From assembly GCA_050273025.1 (NCBI GenBank), contig CP158635.1:1922001-1986000 (forward strand): a stretch of 64,000 nt of DNA, given 5' to 3'. Of this stretch, positions 26,985 to 40,741 are shown in pieces (position 1 is the stretch's first letter; each line of letters begins with the position of its first letter). Made by a program: the position numbers and the translations under genes. Below the pieces are notes generated by a model. That model searched no databases, was not told where the DNA came from, and saw nothing but the letters and a program-made list of their open reading frames with translations. The DNA is from Cenococcum geophilum. Taxonomy: Eukaryota.

Positions 26985-28925
26985 AGGATTTCTACACGGG
27001 CTTCTGCGCAAGCACCGTCTATCAGCTTTATAAAATCGTACTAGACCTTAACGACTCTCCACTAGAGTATAGCGCTGTAAGTCTAGATCTAAGACCTCTG
27101 ACGTCTAAGGATAGTAGTACTAATATACTGCGTAGCTAGTTTCGAATCATAGTATTTAATAAAAGTAACCCTAAGGTGCTTAAGCAGGCAACTAGAGCAG
27201 TAAGCATTAATAAATTCCTAAAAGGTCTCCACGCTAGCCAGGTAGAGACTTATATTAACTTCTTTAAGAAGGCATGGCGTCCGTATACTCTTTAATATCT
27301 TAGGGTCGCCATCTGGGCACAAACGCTTGCCGCTCTCAAATTCAAGAATGCGAGAATCCTAGGCGGCGTTATTCTATCTAACACAGAAGGCCTAAAAATG
27401 ACTAAGCCGTACTAGGACATACTCTATTAATGGCTCCCAAAGCTCCTTACTCCTTAGACTCTTCTAACTATCTACAAAAGCTTTAAAGATTATAGCTCTA
27501 TTTACAAGCTATTAATAATAGGATTATATAATAAATATTAGTGCGACCTGGAAAGCCTTTTACTTAAATATACTGCTGTAGTATATCTCGGTTTTATACC
27601 TTCTAATAAGGTTGACTACAAGAGCTTCCTACTTTCCATAAACCTAAAGGATGGTTTGGTTTCGTAAGTCTAGTATCAAAACTACATAATAGGACAGATA
27701 GCTATAGGTAATTTATTAACCCATCAGCTTCTAGATAAATTACAAAAGCGACCCGACCGCCTATTACTTATTATCTACAAAAGAACTAACGCCGATAATA
27801 CGGTCTATCCGTCTAAAGACGATGCCCCTATTAGGCGGCGCCGTTTAGCGAAGACGGAGGAGGAACTTAAGAACGTTAAGTGGACAACTAAGGTTACTTT
27901 AAAAGATATAAAAAATACTCTAAGGAAAGACTTAATATATAATCCGCTAGTAGTAGACTTTTGGCAATTTATTATCATCGATAAGCAACCTGGCTTGCCG
28001 TTCTCACTTTTTAATATCATCTAGGACGCTTTGCTAATGCTTATTAGCGACCCCTCCCTAAGGCAACTAGCTAGAAGAGTTATTTAAGACGTAATACCAC
28101 CTACGGTTTAGGAGATATTTTAGGAGGAAATAACCCTACAGAATACCTTTGATTTGGGATACCTACCCCCTTAGGATATCAAATATAAGGGAAACAGATT
28201 TAGGTCTTAGGACTTAGATAAAGGATTGCTTGCAAGTCGCTAATCCGAATTCAAGAAGTCTTATACTAGAGATAAAGATCGGTTCATTATATGCGTCGTT
28301 CAGGATATAGAAAAAAGAGGTATAATTAGTCTTGATCCGGAATGCGGACCTGCCTAGACTCGGCTATTAGTTATTTAAGGTATAGATAGAGGCCTTAACC
28401 TATACTTCCTATATAACTTTGGAGAAAAATTACTAGAGTTATTAGAGTCCACAACATCCTATAGAGCACTCCCTCCACCTAATTATCTCGTTAAATTTGC
28501 GGAAACCTTTAAAGAGAAGCATCTAAATACGTTTATAGCCAAGGGTTCTATTCAGACCCACTACTATACTTGGCCTATACCGGCTATCGAACGACTAGGG
28601 AAGGCCAGGCTTAATTTCGGCACCTGGTAAGGACACGTCTATTATTAGGGATCTATGCCGTTTAATAGACCTTAGTCGGAGCGAATATAGCAGTACTATG
28701 TCTACTGCTATATAAACGCAAAATACCCCTTTATAATATTCTACCTTATAAGCTTCGTTATTTATACCACTAATAAGACTAATATTTAAGATGCAATGGC
28801 TGCCATTTTAGATAAAGCGGATACGCATAGCTAGAAGCTCACAATTCCACCCCCCTATAATTGGACTTCGGATATCTAGAGTTTAAATTTAGATAGAACT
28901 TTTTATGGAATTAGACCTATATAGT
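26985..28925 (+). pseudogene. Large hypothetical fungal protein relic (~600 codons, at least one intron near 27664)
   Basis: Continuous frame apart from RIP stops: DFYTGFCASTVYQL..KAWRPY..DFWQFIIIDKQPG..YTWPIPAIER..GHVYY*GSMPFNRP*SERI..NWTSDI..FYGIRPI*. Confidence 0.6.
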
Positions 28926-31134
28926 GGTGTATTTACGGCGGCTTCGTTTTAAGCGTTTAACGATAAAATAATGCAAAATTGTTAAAAAAAAATTCATAGA
29001 CAGGACATACACGGCACGTAGGTCGCGTACCACGCATATCGCATATTAACGTACTATAAGGGTTATAGGGAGTTTAGGATATATTTAAGCACACACAATC
29101 CTTACCTAGATATCTTCTTTCCTTTATAGTTAATCTAGTATTTATTAAACAATAAAACACACATTATTTATTGTGAATTATTACTATATAACCTCTTACC
29201 CACTAACCCGGAACGCCCTCGCTATAAGTTAGTTAGGCTTAACTGTATAACACTGGCCGGTTTAGTAACGGTTTATAATGCCACCAAAGTGCAACCAATA
29301 ACGAAACTATGCCTAGGGATACTAATAATAGGATGGACCCGCGACTAAATAAGGGAATTGGCGGACAAGGTAAGTACTATTAGGGAAAATCTAAGACAAC
29401 CTAAACAGTCGACTATAAAGTTTCTATGTGGGGATGCACCTTCGTCAAATATTAAGTTAATGGCATTATAGAGACCTCTTCGGCCTCCTATAGCTATAGT
29501 TATTCAAACTATAGGTCTCTGCGAACTACTTATATATTAACTTACTTTAGAATAAAGTCGTAGACAAGATAATTCTTAAATTTAAGACCGGTGGGGGAAC
29601 TAGGAACGTTACTAAAACAATATTATTATAGACTTAATATATTAAGGAATGTGGTAAATATAAATTACCTTTCTACCTTTGGTTTAATAATAAAGTAAGG
29701 CTTACAAATATTACTATACAAAGTGCAGAATAGAGTACTCCTAAGCAGAATTAAGCAGTATCCCCTATTTCCATTCTAATATCCAAGCCTAGTAAGTAAG
29801 CGTTAGAGTATACAGAGTGTAATATATAGTAAGGGAAAGCGCAAATAATATAGAATATAGTTGCGTTTACTATATAAAGGATAACGAGGAATAAGTTCTT
29901 TCTGCCAACCCAAACCTACCTATATAGTATTTGTAAATTAAAGAAAATAAACGCTAAAATGCACTAATAGCAAAATGTAAGCACTATGCTAATAATTAAG
30001 CAACCCGCGATTGTCTTATAAAGGAGTCTAGCTAAGGCGTAATTTAGGTAATTAAGGTGATCAAAAGAATAGGAAATTGGCAGGCTAGCTAATAATTTAG
30101 AAACTTAAAAAGGAAGTAGTTCACAACTTATATAGTTTGTATAATTTATACAAAAGTATTTTATTCCAACCGTTATATTCCGAGAAACTTGGTAATTATA
30201 CTTTAGAGGTAAAAACTAAATATAAGTATTAGTAATTAAAGGCACCTAGTTAGACTTATTTATACTAACCTATAAAGTAAAAGCTCCGGCCTTTTCTCTT
30301 CTCTTATCCGTAACTATTGCCAAGACAATTCCTATCAATCCTATTCCGGCGCATACTATAGCGATATACGCTGCTTTTAAGCACATTATATCTAGCTGCA
30401 TCTTTTAGAAGTAGTTAGTTTTGGTAAGTAGCTAAGAATATAATAGACGCTAGTAGATTTAGGAAGCGTAAGTACTATAAGGTTGACATAATATATAGCG
30501 TGACTTTTAATATAAAAGAAAGGTAATAAGTAGAATAAAAAAAGCGAGTAGGGGCACGCAAGGAAGGCTAAATTTAGGTAAGCCGGCACCTAGTTTATTA
30601 ATATAGTCCTTAGTTTTACTAAGCTAACTTTATAAGCTAGTTTTATATCGTTTCTAAAGGAAGACCGCTAGAGGTGCTAATAATCGCTTAACTAATAGCT
30701 GGTGTAGCCAAGGTGGATGACGCAGGTGAGGTAGATAGTATAGATAAGGTAGATAATACGGGTAAGGTAAATAACATAGGTAAAGCCGATAAGGCTAAGT
30801 AAGTTATTAACGTTAACTAAACGCTAAGGAGTAGTATTAGCTAGTAGGACGAGGATAAGAACGAGGAAGAAGAATGTATAATATAACGTAGGACAGTAAT
30901 AAGCAGGATGGAGACAAGGATATCCAATACTACCCCATTATTACCTTCGAAGGCTATACCGTACTTAAAACAGTTAATAATAGTAAAATCTGTCCTAACG
31001 CTTTCTAGTCTAATACGACCATTAGGGAATTTTACTTAAGTAATCTGTCTTTTGTCCTTTCCTACACTACTTAGGGTTTTTTCCTTTTTGCGTTCTTGTT
31101 CTTCTTCTAGCTCTTTAGATATCGGTGGTTTAAA

Positions 31135-32298
31135 ATAATAAAATTCCTATAATCTCTTAACCCCTTTCACTACAAGAAAGGATACGCTCCCCTTAACCCC
31201 ATTTCGCTATTCCTCTACTCCTAGTTATGGATATTCGTTAAAATCGGCGTCCCCGTTCTTATTCTCCTCTCTTTAGCCTCCTTTCTACACCCTTCCGCCA
31301 AGGATGCCGTAACGTAGTATCTCGCCATATATAGGCATATTCCTAGCATCGTCCACTATATATATATTAAGAGGGATTCGGATTCTACGATTAATATACA
31401 CTTTGCGTACTTCCTATCCCTATACGCCTCGGTTATATACATTAAGCCATCTAAGATCTACCTCTATACCGACTATAACTAAACCAAGATTAAGTCCGCT
31501 ATCGAAACGGGGAATATATAAACTTGTAAGGTCTTTACTACCTTTCTAAACCTCCTCTAAATCAATTACGTCCGGGTCCCGCAGTTTATAGGCCCTAATA
31601 TAATAAAGCCTATTAAAGCCATCTAGTACAAGTTAGACGTGCTACGCTAGGAAGAGGTCTTTAAGATTGGCGGCATCTATATAGACTAGGACGTTGTGCC
31701 GCTTAAGTCCCTAACTCTACTATAGAACGCGGGGTTTGCCTTTATTATTGGATAATAGTACGGCAGCGCAGAGGAGGACGGTACCATTAACGGCATGATT
31801 AACAACGGAGTTTTCTTAATAAAGCTAAATAGCGCCTTAATAAGACTCATAGTGCGCGAGCAGATAGCTACGTTTAACGGCGCCTGGGAATTCAATTTAC
31901 AACTACTAACGTAAATTACCGGGCGCCTTGTCAGTATTCTAAATAAAGTCCTTATCCTAGACCGGAACGTATTCGCGCCAACGCACTAGTTCTAGGATAG
32001 TAAGGACGCCCTTTTTAGGACATATAGTACCGCATCTCCCGAGCCTATTACTACTAATTCAACGGATCCTATTATCTACTATAATACTATCGTCAAGAAC
32101 CGAAGAACGTGGAAGGACTAGGAGATGGATTTTAGTGCTATATATCTGCTATATGCTTTTAGACAGGGGTAGCACAATAAATAGATTACGCCTAAGAAGA
32201 TTCTAAGTCGGATAAGCAATTATAGAGTTGCGACTTGGCCGATTGTTAAGAAGATAGTAGTAGATAGGTTAGTAGCGGGAATAGAGAATAGCGACTGA
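31135..32298 (+). pseudogene. Glycosyltransferase family 32-like (DxD sugar-binding) protein
   Basis: N-terminal hydrophobic anchor, then HIPSIVHYIY, YK(S)DVLR, GGIYID*DVVPL (DxD at 31684-31692 with Trp mutated to TAG) and INNGVFL. Ends with TGA at 32296-98. Confidence 0.88.
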
Positions 32299-33230
32299 TT
32301 AATTTCCTTTATATACTTATATAGTCTACCAGTCTACGGAATTTCCTTTCTTTTTCCTTTCGTAATTAAGAGCATTATATCAATTCTCTTGCGACCCCCG
32401 CGTATATAAACGCGTCCCCTCCTTAGCTTAGTATCTTTAATAGTTGCAATCCACAAGCTTTATCTTAGAGGCATTTATACATACCGTCACAGCACCCCGC
32501 CAAAAATTAAACAATATTATATCATTATTGGCTCGCTTATAGCCACTCAATAAAGAAGCTAATAGGGAGGGGGGCAGCCCGTTTATAATAACCCCTAGGC
32601 TACTAGCAAACCCTAGCTTATTAAACTCTACTTAGGTTTATAAAGGCACCGGATAAGCAGAACATATCATTATTAGGAGGATACGGTTAGTACTAATATT
32701 AAGTTCCCTCATTAAAGGCGGCTATATAGAACTTATAATAAAGTTTCTTAAATAGGTTCCTGTATATAGCGTATTAAATGCTAATAATTTTTTATTAAAT
32801 CCTAGATAAGGCCAAATTGGCTAGCCCTGTAACTGGAAATCAAACTATTAATAAGTGTATAAAAGACTAGGCCTTTTATTAGTATTTAATATTAATATAA
32901 GGCCGTATTGGAATTGATATTAAAGCCGAATTTAGTATTGAAAGTTTACTATCAAAGAAGGACGATACAAAAGCTACGGCATATTAGGATGGATGCAGGA
33001 AGCGCTAGATAGAACGGTACTAGTAGAGCCTAAGAACTTTATATTTTAAGGCTATATATAGTATATAACTAATACATAAGATAAATAGAGTACACGAAAT
33101 TTTGTTGCTAATAAATGCGCACTTTATATAATCTAGGAAGGAAGAAGGATTAGAAGTAGTAGCAGAGTATAAAACTAGAAGCTTAAGTGGACCTATAACT
33201 ATACCTACGTTCTTATATACCGCTTAAAGC

Positions 33231-33731
33231 CTAACGTTTCAGAAGGCCTGGGTTTATCCACAGCCAGTAATATGTAAAATTTGGCGTATTAGTGCAACCA
33301 GTACTTCCGTTAAGATAATAGTAACTATGTATAAAAGAACGGCACGATAAGTCATTTATAGACAACTGATCTTTATCCGCAGACCAAGTATTAAAGTTAA
33401 GGGTAACGGAAATATCTAGCTGCTCCTGGCCTTAAAGACCGTAATAGATAAGCATAAAACTCTGGGATATATAAAAATTTAAAACGTTATAAGAGAAAAA
33501 GTTGTTATCAAATTCTGTCCAAGCCATATCCCCTTGACAGTTAGGCTCTGTCTAAGCATAGAGTCTAATTGGGCTATAAACATCCTATACAGAGTTAGTA
33601 AAAGAGGTTTCAAATCCTAAGGAATTTCGTGCCCGTCGTTTAGTGGTTATTATTTTGCGTTTAGTATAGTGTAGACTTGCGGCTCCTAGAGCTCCAAGTG
33701 CAAACGGACTAATTAGGTATAATAGTCTTAT
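33231..33731 (-). pseudogene. Small secreted Cys-containing protein (effector-like)
   Basis: (M)RLLYLISPFALGALGA signal peptide, then ..TKR, a probable intron with CTAAC..TAG, then DVYSPIRLYA*TEPNCQG..LSCRSF..TGCTNTPNF..PGLLKR*. Confidence 0.6.
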
Positions 33732-34509
33732 ATTAAAATAGAAGTGTTAACTGGAAATCCTAGGTTAGGAACAAACTCATATATAGATTAATTTACGCGG
33801 AAAATGAGGCTATATATATACGGTAGATGAGTTATAGGCACCCCTAATCTAACCCTAATATAGTAGTAATCAGCACTAGGTCGATAGGAAGTTTCTTTAG
33901 TTTAATAAAGCTGGTAATTAGAAAAGCTTCCTTTATATTATAAGAATTAATAACTCTAAAAGAAAAAAAATACTATATAATTAATTTTGTAGATCTACAA
34001 GTAGTGCTATACTTTTAGGCTCATTTAACCATAATCTTCCTTATATAACATCACATAATACAACCTTATCTACCTTTACCTCATCTACCTTATCCACCCT
34101 ATCTATCTTTAAGCCATCGTCTACTATACTATTTGCATCTGCCCCATACACTAGCGGCACGCTTCGGCGCCCTATTACCAATCCCCTTCTCCTTAGCTTA
34201 GTATCTTTGTATTATAAGGGCCTAATAAATCTAAGGGTTAGCATACTAAAAAGCGGAGCCACCTTAAATAAGTCCTTTTTTTCTAAAGCTAGGCTTCCTA
34301 GCTTTCATAGTAGGGATATTCTCCTTAAGACTTAGACGTGTTACAGTAATGGCACCAGCTAGTTTTGGAGTTGTAGTATTATACTAGCCTCGCTAAGTGA
34401 TAATTATAAACATAGTATCTACTTCTAAAAATTATTAAAGCGATAATTTATATCTTAGTAAAGGACTAAAGCTAAGCCCTTTTAGAACTTATATCTCAGC
34501 TCTATACTC

Positions 34510-34712
34510 CGCTAGCGACTTAGTCAATTGAGGCACGAGTATAGCAGGAAGGACGTACGCAAGCCTATATAATTAGATTGTCTATTAACGAGGATCTAAA
34601 GCTAGAGAAAGGAAAGGAGAAGAATAGCAGCGCCGCTTAAAGTTTTATATAATCCTCTAGTTACGTAACCGCAATCTACCGCAATCTACCGTTTTCTGCT
34701 AGTACTATAATA
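34510..34712. mobile_element. Solo LTR related to the Gypsy LTR at 4668-4894
   Basis: Direct sequence similarity to 4668-4894. Flanked by TACTC (34505-09) and TACTT (34713-17), a 5-bp TSD with one C>T. Confidence 0.85.
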
Positions 34713-35034
34713 TACTTAACAGTTTCATGCTTAATAAGATATAGTAATACAAATTATAATAATATAAAGGCCACTAAACTAATAAAAAGAAGTGTATAAT
34801 TGGACAAAAGGTATTTCGAATAAATTCTAAGATTGTTTAGTTTAGGTATAGTCTTAATCTCTAGAGACTCTAGATTTGGCACAATATTATCGTTTAGTTT
34901 AGGTATAGTCTAAATCTCTAGATACTTACCAGACTTAGCACGGATCTTTATATCCGCATAGAAAAATTCCACGCTTATATCCTTGTTTTAGGTATAGAAT
35001 ATAATACGTTGTTTATATATAGAGCTATCTAACT

Positions 35035-36190
35035 AGAGTGCCGACGGTTAATAAGCTCTCGTAATCAGCCAATTATAGAGTCCCTTTGGAATTCGGACCG
35101 CTGAGAGTTGGTCAAAATCTTAGTCATTATTCCATTGCTTTAAGAGGATATAAAGCATATCTAGATTTCTTTTGCTATACATTAGAGAGAATATTATAAA
35201 AATATTTGTAGGGCGTTAACGTACTCGGCTGTATTCCCTTAAAAGGCATATTTAATAAGAAGTGCTAGCTTATCGCCCGGAATGTAGAGTGAGAAGACTC
35301 CATAAATGGTTTTCTTTTTCTTCTAGACTTTAATAACGGATTCTGAATTGGACTTGTCGATGGGCACTGCGGTAAAAGTCCTAGGGGCTTTAGGACTATT
35401 AGGTATAAGGCAAATATATACTACTTTATTATACGCTACTATGCCAGACTAAGGGGTTATAGTTTAAACTAGGCTAGTATTATCCGCAATAGCATCTATC
35501 TTAAGTATTAGAAACTTTAGGGTTTAGAAGCTGTGTTTTAAAAAGAAAGCGTAGACTAGAAGTTACGAAGTTGCTAGAGGTGCGTAGATTGAAAGCTTAA
35601 AGGGTTCCGTAGCTAAGAGACTCTAGCTATATAGTTTAGAGGCTAGGGCTATACAGGGAGCAGTTAGAGGGCAAGTATAATATCCGGAAGCGGATATCCG
35701 CAGCAGGATATATATATTCTGGGTTAAGTGGTATAGGGCTAAAGATTGTGGGTCTTAGAGGCGTTCAAATTATGTAAGTATATCCTGAAATAGCCCAAAG
35801 ACGTAGGATATACACTTACTACGGCCTTAACTGCAGCTAGATATTACATTCTGCCTATATCTCTTCGGTAAGAGCGAAGGCAATATAGACCTAAAATCTC
35901 CTAGAGCTAAGGCAGACTTATTAGCTTTTAAGCCATAGAAAGAAATCTAACACGATTTGGTATAGGCAGCCCTAAGATGTGGATATATCGCAGGATAAGC
36001 CCCTTTATACGGACATAGTCCTTTAGATTAAACTATAAGGCGCCTACGCTTTTAGTAAAGTCTCACTAAGGCAGGCTTAGCCCGAAACTACTTTAGCTAA
36101 GCTACCCTAGGGACAATAAAGCGCTTCGGGAATGTGACTATATAAAAATATCCTAAAAAAGTATATAGACAGAGCTATTCCCATCGTCTC
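35035..36190 (-). pseudogene. Hypothetical protein relic
   Basis: Minus-strand protein-like frames (DYVRIKGAYPAIYPHLRAAYTKSC; TFTAVPIDKSNSES..RIPKGLYNWLITRAY) with a GTAAGT donor at ~35821. Family unknown. Confidence 0.35.
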
Positions 36191-37867
36191 TTTCTCTTTT
36201 AAAGGTATAGCAATACGATATATTACCTTATGTTATAGTCGGTTATAGGCTATAGAAAGCCTATAATAGTGGAATAGGGTTATAATAATAGAAAAGAAGT
36301 AAATGGATAACGTGGAGGAAATTCGTAGACTTTAGATTGCGTATAAAATGCAATTTATTAGATATCCCCTTAAATACTAGCATAGGGCTATATAACCAAG
36401 TCTAAGCAAATATATCCGCTCTAGTCTTAGGACCATTTATAGGTTTTAAGGGAGCCTTTACTACTTAATAAGGTAAAGCTAGGCATAATAGTTAGATCTT
36501 AAGAAGCTAGTAAACGGACTATATTAGGCAGTAATAGCAGATTATATTTATAGTAATCTTTTTAGACTGGGTTAAAGTTAAAGTAGAGTAGAGTAGAGTG
36601 GACTACTAGCCTTAATAGGTAAGTGTTAATCCTATTTAGGAATAAGTTAAACTATAAGTAGAGTAAATTCGAGCTCAAATCCACTCCACTTTAGTTAAAA
36701 AAGATCACTAGAGGGGAATAAGGGAAGGAGAGGTTATATTACCATTTAATATATAAATAAATGTAATGCTTTATATCCTAAAATAATATTTTTACTATCT
36801 ATCTAAAAATACCGGTCTTAAACTGGAGCAAAATATCATATAGGCATCTATATAGGATCTATTATAAAAAATCCATTTACTATAGGAGTTCTATATATAA
36901 TAAATACCCCATTGCTTATATATTAAGAGGAGCCTAAAAATTAAAATATAAATAAGCCTTTTCTTAAGTAAAATGCGGTATAAAAAGGAGTTATTTTAGG
37001 TCTGCTATACCTTGCTTAATATTCACCTGCTTTTCCCTAGGCTTACGCCTTTGCTAGATACTATTTAACTGCATTATAATTACAAGGCTATTTAAAATTA
37101 TAAGAATAATCTCAATAATAGTGAGGGCGGGTAGCGATGCGCTATAATAGTTATTTTTACGGGTTATTAATATGGCCACTCTAATAAGGAGTTTATGGCT
37201 ATGTCTATTAGTTAATTTAGCCATAAGCTAAGAAATATGCCTTACTTTGGTTTTTCGAGAATTTAGCGCAGTTTAGCAGCTCTATATATAGTAGTAGGTA
37301 GCAATCGGATTTGCGTAGATAAAGTTTAAAAAACATTAGCAGCTAATAGAAGTATATAAGGTAACTTTTATATCTAGGGTTTAATAGGATATCTTAGCCG
37401 TCACATAAGATATTAGTAGGGATAGGTAGATTAGGTAGATTAGGTGGATTAGGTAGATTAGGTGGGTGACTAGGTATAAATTAGGTGGATTAAGGGGATA
37501 ACGGACTAAGTAGGTCAGTATAAGGTCCATAGTTATAGGGCTATAGTAATAGTTAGATTTACGCCACTCTTTTAAGTGTGTAGGAGAGATGTGTGGGGCC
37601 TAGAGTGCCTTATATTCTAAAACTCTCTTCTTTCTAGGCCGACTTTAGCATCTAAGCCTTCCATTCCGAGGCAGATTTCCATATCTCCTTACTAAGAAGA
37701 GGCCTATAAAGTAAGTACACTACGCTCTTATAGAAGAAACCATCGTAAACTATTTTGTTTTATACAGAACTAATAGGCAAGACTCTTATCTAAGTTATCT
37801 TTCGCAAACTTGCCTTATATCCAAGTTATCCCCAAACTTCTAATCCATCACTACGCCCTTAATCGCC

Positions 37868-38518
37868 ATAACTCCTATCAAAATCCCCGCCGAACTGGCT
37901 ATAATCCTAATCATTTTAAGTCCTATCGGAATTCCCGCTAACTCTACGCCTACCGCCCCAAGCATTACGACTCCTACTAAAAAATCCGCTAAACCTATTG
38001 TTATGGATAAGCACCCTAACTTTATCGTCTATTAGCCACCAACTATACCGTCTATACGTACTATTACTGGAAAATCTATCTTCCTTACTAGTAGCATTAA
38101 AAGTGGTAAAGTAATAAAATGGTAAAAGGATATTATAGAGCTCCTTAAGCCGTATAGAATCACAGTTCTAAACCTATAGCGTAATGACTAGGATAGTTTT
38201 CTACCGCAAGATAAACTTAACGGAGAAGTATAGAGGCAAATCAAATAGGAGTCCAACGGCTTAGAGCGCGCTATAGTAATTGCCATATTCTTCAATCTAA
38301 ACACTATATTGCCGATATCCTTACTAAAGCTTGGCGAGTACGCAAAGGATAGAAAGTTAGTAGTTTGTTATCCGAAGGGATATTTTAGGTAGGCCAATAT
38401 ACAGTTTACTTATCAGAAATATAGGGTAAAGTAAGTAGAGACGCTAGAGGAGCTAGCTAATGAGGTAATCGAGAAGGTAGGGAGCGGTAAGGGGTGTAGC
38501 AATTACAATGACAAATAA
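37868..38518 (+). pseudogene. Nucleoside 2-deoxyribosyltransferase-like protein (Nuc_deoxyri_tr2-type)
   Basis: SIFLTSSI..W*..ITVLNL*RND*DS..QIK*E..LERA.VIAIFF....PISLLKLG..KLVVCYPKGYFR*AN de-RIPs to the family signature SIFLAGSI / VLNPRRDDWD / QIEWE / SPISLLELG / VCCPEGY.R.GNV. Confidence 0.85.
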
Positions 38519-38973
38519 GTCTCCTATTTTGATTATTTGCAAGTCCTAGTGTCTAAGTAATGCTAGAGGTGACCTATCTCGCTTAGACTGCTAGAGGGTT
38601 ATAAATTATAGTTATTACACGGGCTTAGAATATGTCTATTTATAGTAGTGATCTTTTATAGTTTCGAATAAAATTGTATTTGTTTAGAAAAATGACTCGC
38701 ACCTTAATACCACTACTCTATTTCTATTATTGTCACTCTTTCTTAGTTAACGTTTCTAGAACCATTTACTCGTATTCGGCTAAAGGATATAACTTTTATA
38801 ATTAGAAAAAGGTGATAAGTTTCTATTTAAGGTTAGAGCAAGGAGGCAGGCATTTTCTTATAGCTATTAAGTTTTAAAAGTAATAGGTGCTAAAAAAAAG
38901 GCGGTCTCTACTTATATAAAGCCCGAACTATACGCGCGAATTTATCCATATCTTACCATCAGTTAGACTTAGT

Positions 38974-39576
38974 ATGGCCTTTACTAAAGAAATGCAAAAC
39001 TAATTGCCAGAAGAGGATGAAACGGATATAGCTATTAAAGGCTAGCGACTATTTGGTTTAACTAAATATAGTTTAACTAAATAATACCTGATCAAATACG
39101 GCTCAGAAAAGGCCCCAATCTATAGGCTTGTCTCGTTTACAAATATACCTCAAGAATTGCTAGCAGACTATAATGATCCGGCTAAGGAAGATATCAGCGA
39201 TCCAAAAAACAGCTACTGTGAGAAAATAAATAACGGGAAATCATACCTCACTATACGGAATCTTGGCGCTATAATAGGAATTGCGTAGTCCGCTAGAAGA
39301 GGAAGAGGGGAACCTAATAATATTAACCCTAAGAAGTTAGGCGTTTATCTAAAAAATATATTTATCTTAGTAAGATAGATAATAGAGGGTACTAAAGAGG
39401 GTACTAGAGAACAAAAATGGGAGAGTGCTATATCTCTAGCTAAGCTCTGGCGGTATAATAAGGATATCTAGATATGTTTATATTTATGCGCTTAAGAAGC
39501 TAAGAGTAGGTATAAATTGGAGAATTATGGTGAATCCTAGCTAGCCATAGAAGATAACCGTAAAAGGTATCTTTAA
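38974..39576 (+). pseudogene. Hypothetical ~200-aa protein relic
   Basis: ATG at 38974 and a single frame with RIP-type stops (YLIKYGSEKAPIYRL..IRNLGAIIGIA..KWESAISLAKLW). Family unknown. Confidence 0.45.
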
Positions 39577-40446
39577 TTCATTGAGATTTCAATACTATTC
39601 TCTTAGGCATTGAATTTCCAGCTCTATTTTCGCGTTGATTTACAGGATGTAGAATGTAAAATAGTAGTAAGCTTAGAACTATTTTAAATATAGTACAGCT
39701 AAATTCTAGTTAGTTTATAATGTCAAGGCGAGAAATACTACTGGCGTCATTTAACTACTACTATATATTCTAAAGATAGCCCTAATTAAATCTTAAAGGC
39801 CATTTATTTAAATGCCCTACAAATTTATCTTACTCCCTTCTTCTCCATTAACATCAAGACTTAAATATTTATTAGTTGTCCTATATTAACACAGTATTAA
39901 TAGGGTTATTAAGTTACTTACTCCCAAATGTCTAAAGCTAGTACAGTAAAGGCCAAATTCATTGCTGAATAAGTTGTGCGCGAAGTATCAGATGCTGCTA
40001 AAGAGGTTAAAGTAGTTAGATTTGCTGAAGCCGTTAAAGTCACTAAGGTCATTAAAACCGTAACCGGTAAAGTGGTTTGCGTTAGGCCTTTTTGTTATAT
40101 ATAAAGGATAATATAGTTATCGCAAGGGATATTAAGAGAATTACTACGGCCTTGGCAGCCGCGTCTATAATTTAGATATAAGAATATAGCAAAGTTCTTC
40201 GTTATAACGTGAGGATTACTTAGGAGATTAAGGTAGAGTCGTAAGTACCTAAAAATTAAATACTACTACGGTTATAAGTTGCAATACTTATATCTATAAG
40301 TATTAAAATAAATCTTATAATTCTAGTGAGTTATTTATAACCTAAAAACTGCCTATAGATAATCCAACCTACTGCTCTTAGTAAGGCGTAGATAGGTAAA
40401 GTTAGTGGGTAAAGTAGATGGGTAAAGTAGGTAGGTAGTGCTACTA

Positions 40447-40590
40447 GGATAATACAGGGGATAATGTAAGGGATAATGCAGGGCATAATATAGGGAATAA
40501 TATAGGGTATAATACAGGGAATGATGCAGGGCATAATACAGGGAATGATGTAGGGTATAATACCGGGGATAATACTAGGGATAAATCAGG
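40447..40590. repeat. 12-bp minisatellite (consensus GGG(A/C)ATRATRCA), ~11 degenerate copies
   Basis: Units such as gggaatgatgca, gggcataataca and gggaataatata are directly visible. Explains the IIPC/IIPY ORF at 40331-40534. Confidence 0.85.
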
Positions 40591-40741
40591 TAATAGGTAG
40601 GGGATGAGTTACTGTTAAAGCTCTATAGAGAATTTAAAAATAGTAAATTTAATATCTACGCATAACCTCGCCTTTTGATAAAAATATAACATTTTAGCCT
40701 TGTCTTATAAAGGCAAATAATATTAACTAAGTAAAGATACT

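Noticed and set aside
34832..34940. Two-copy ~59-bp tandem duplication
   Set aside because: Real but appears to be a simple local duplication with no further structure.
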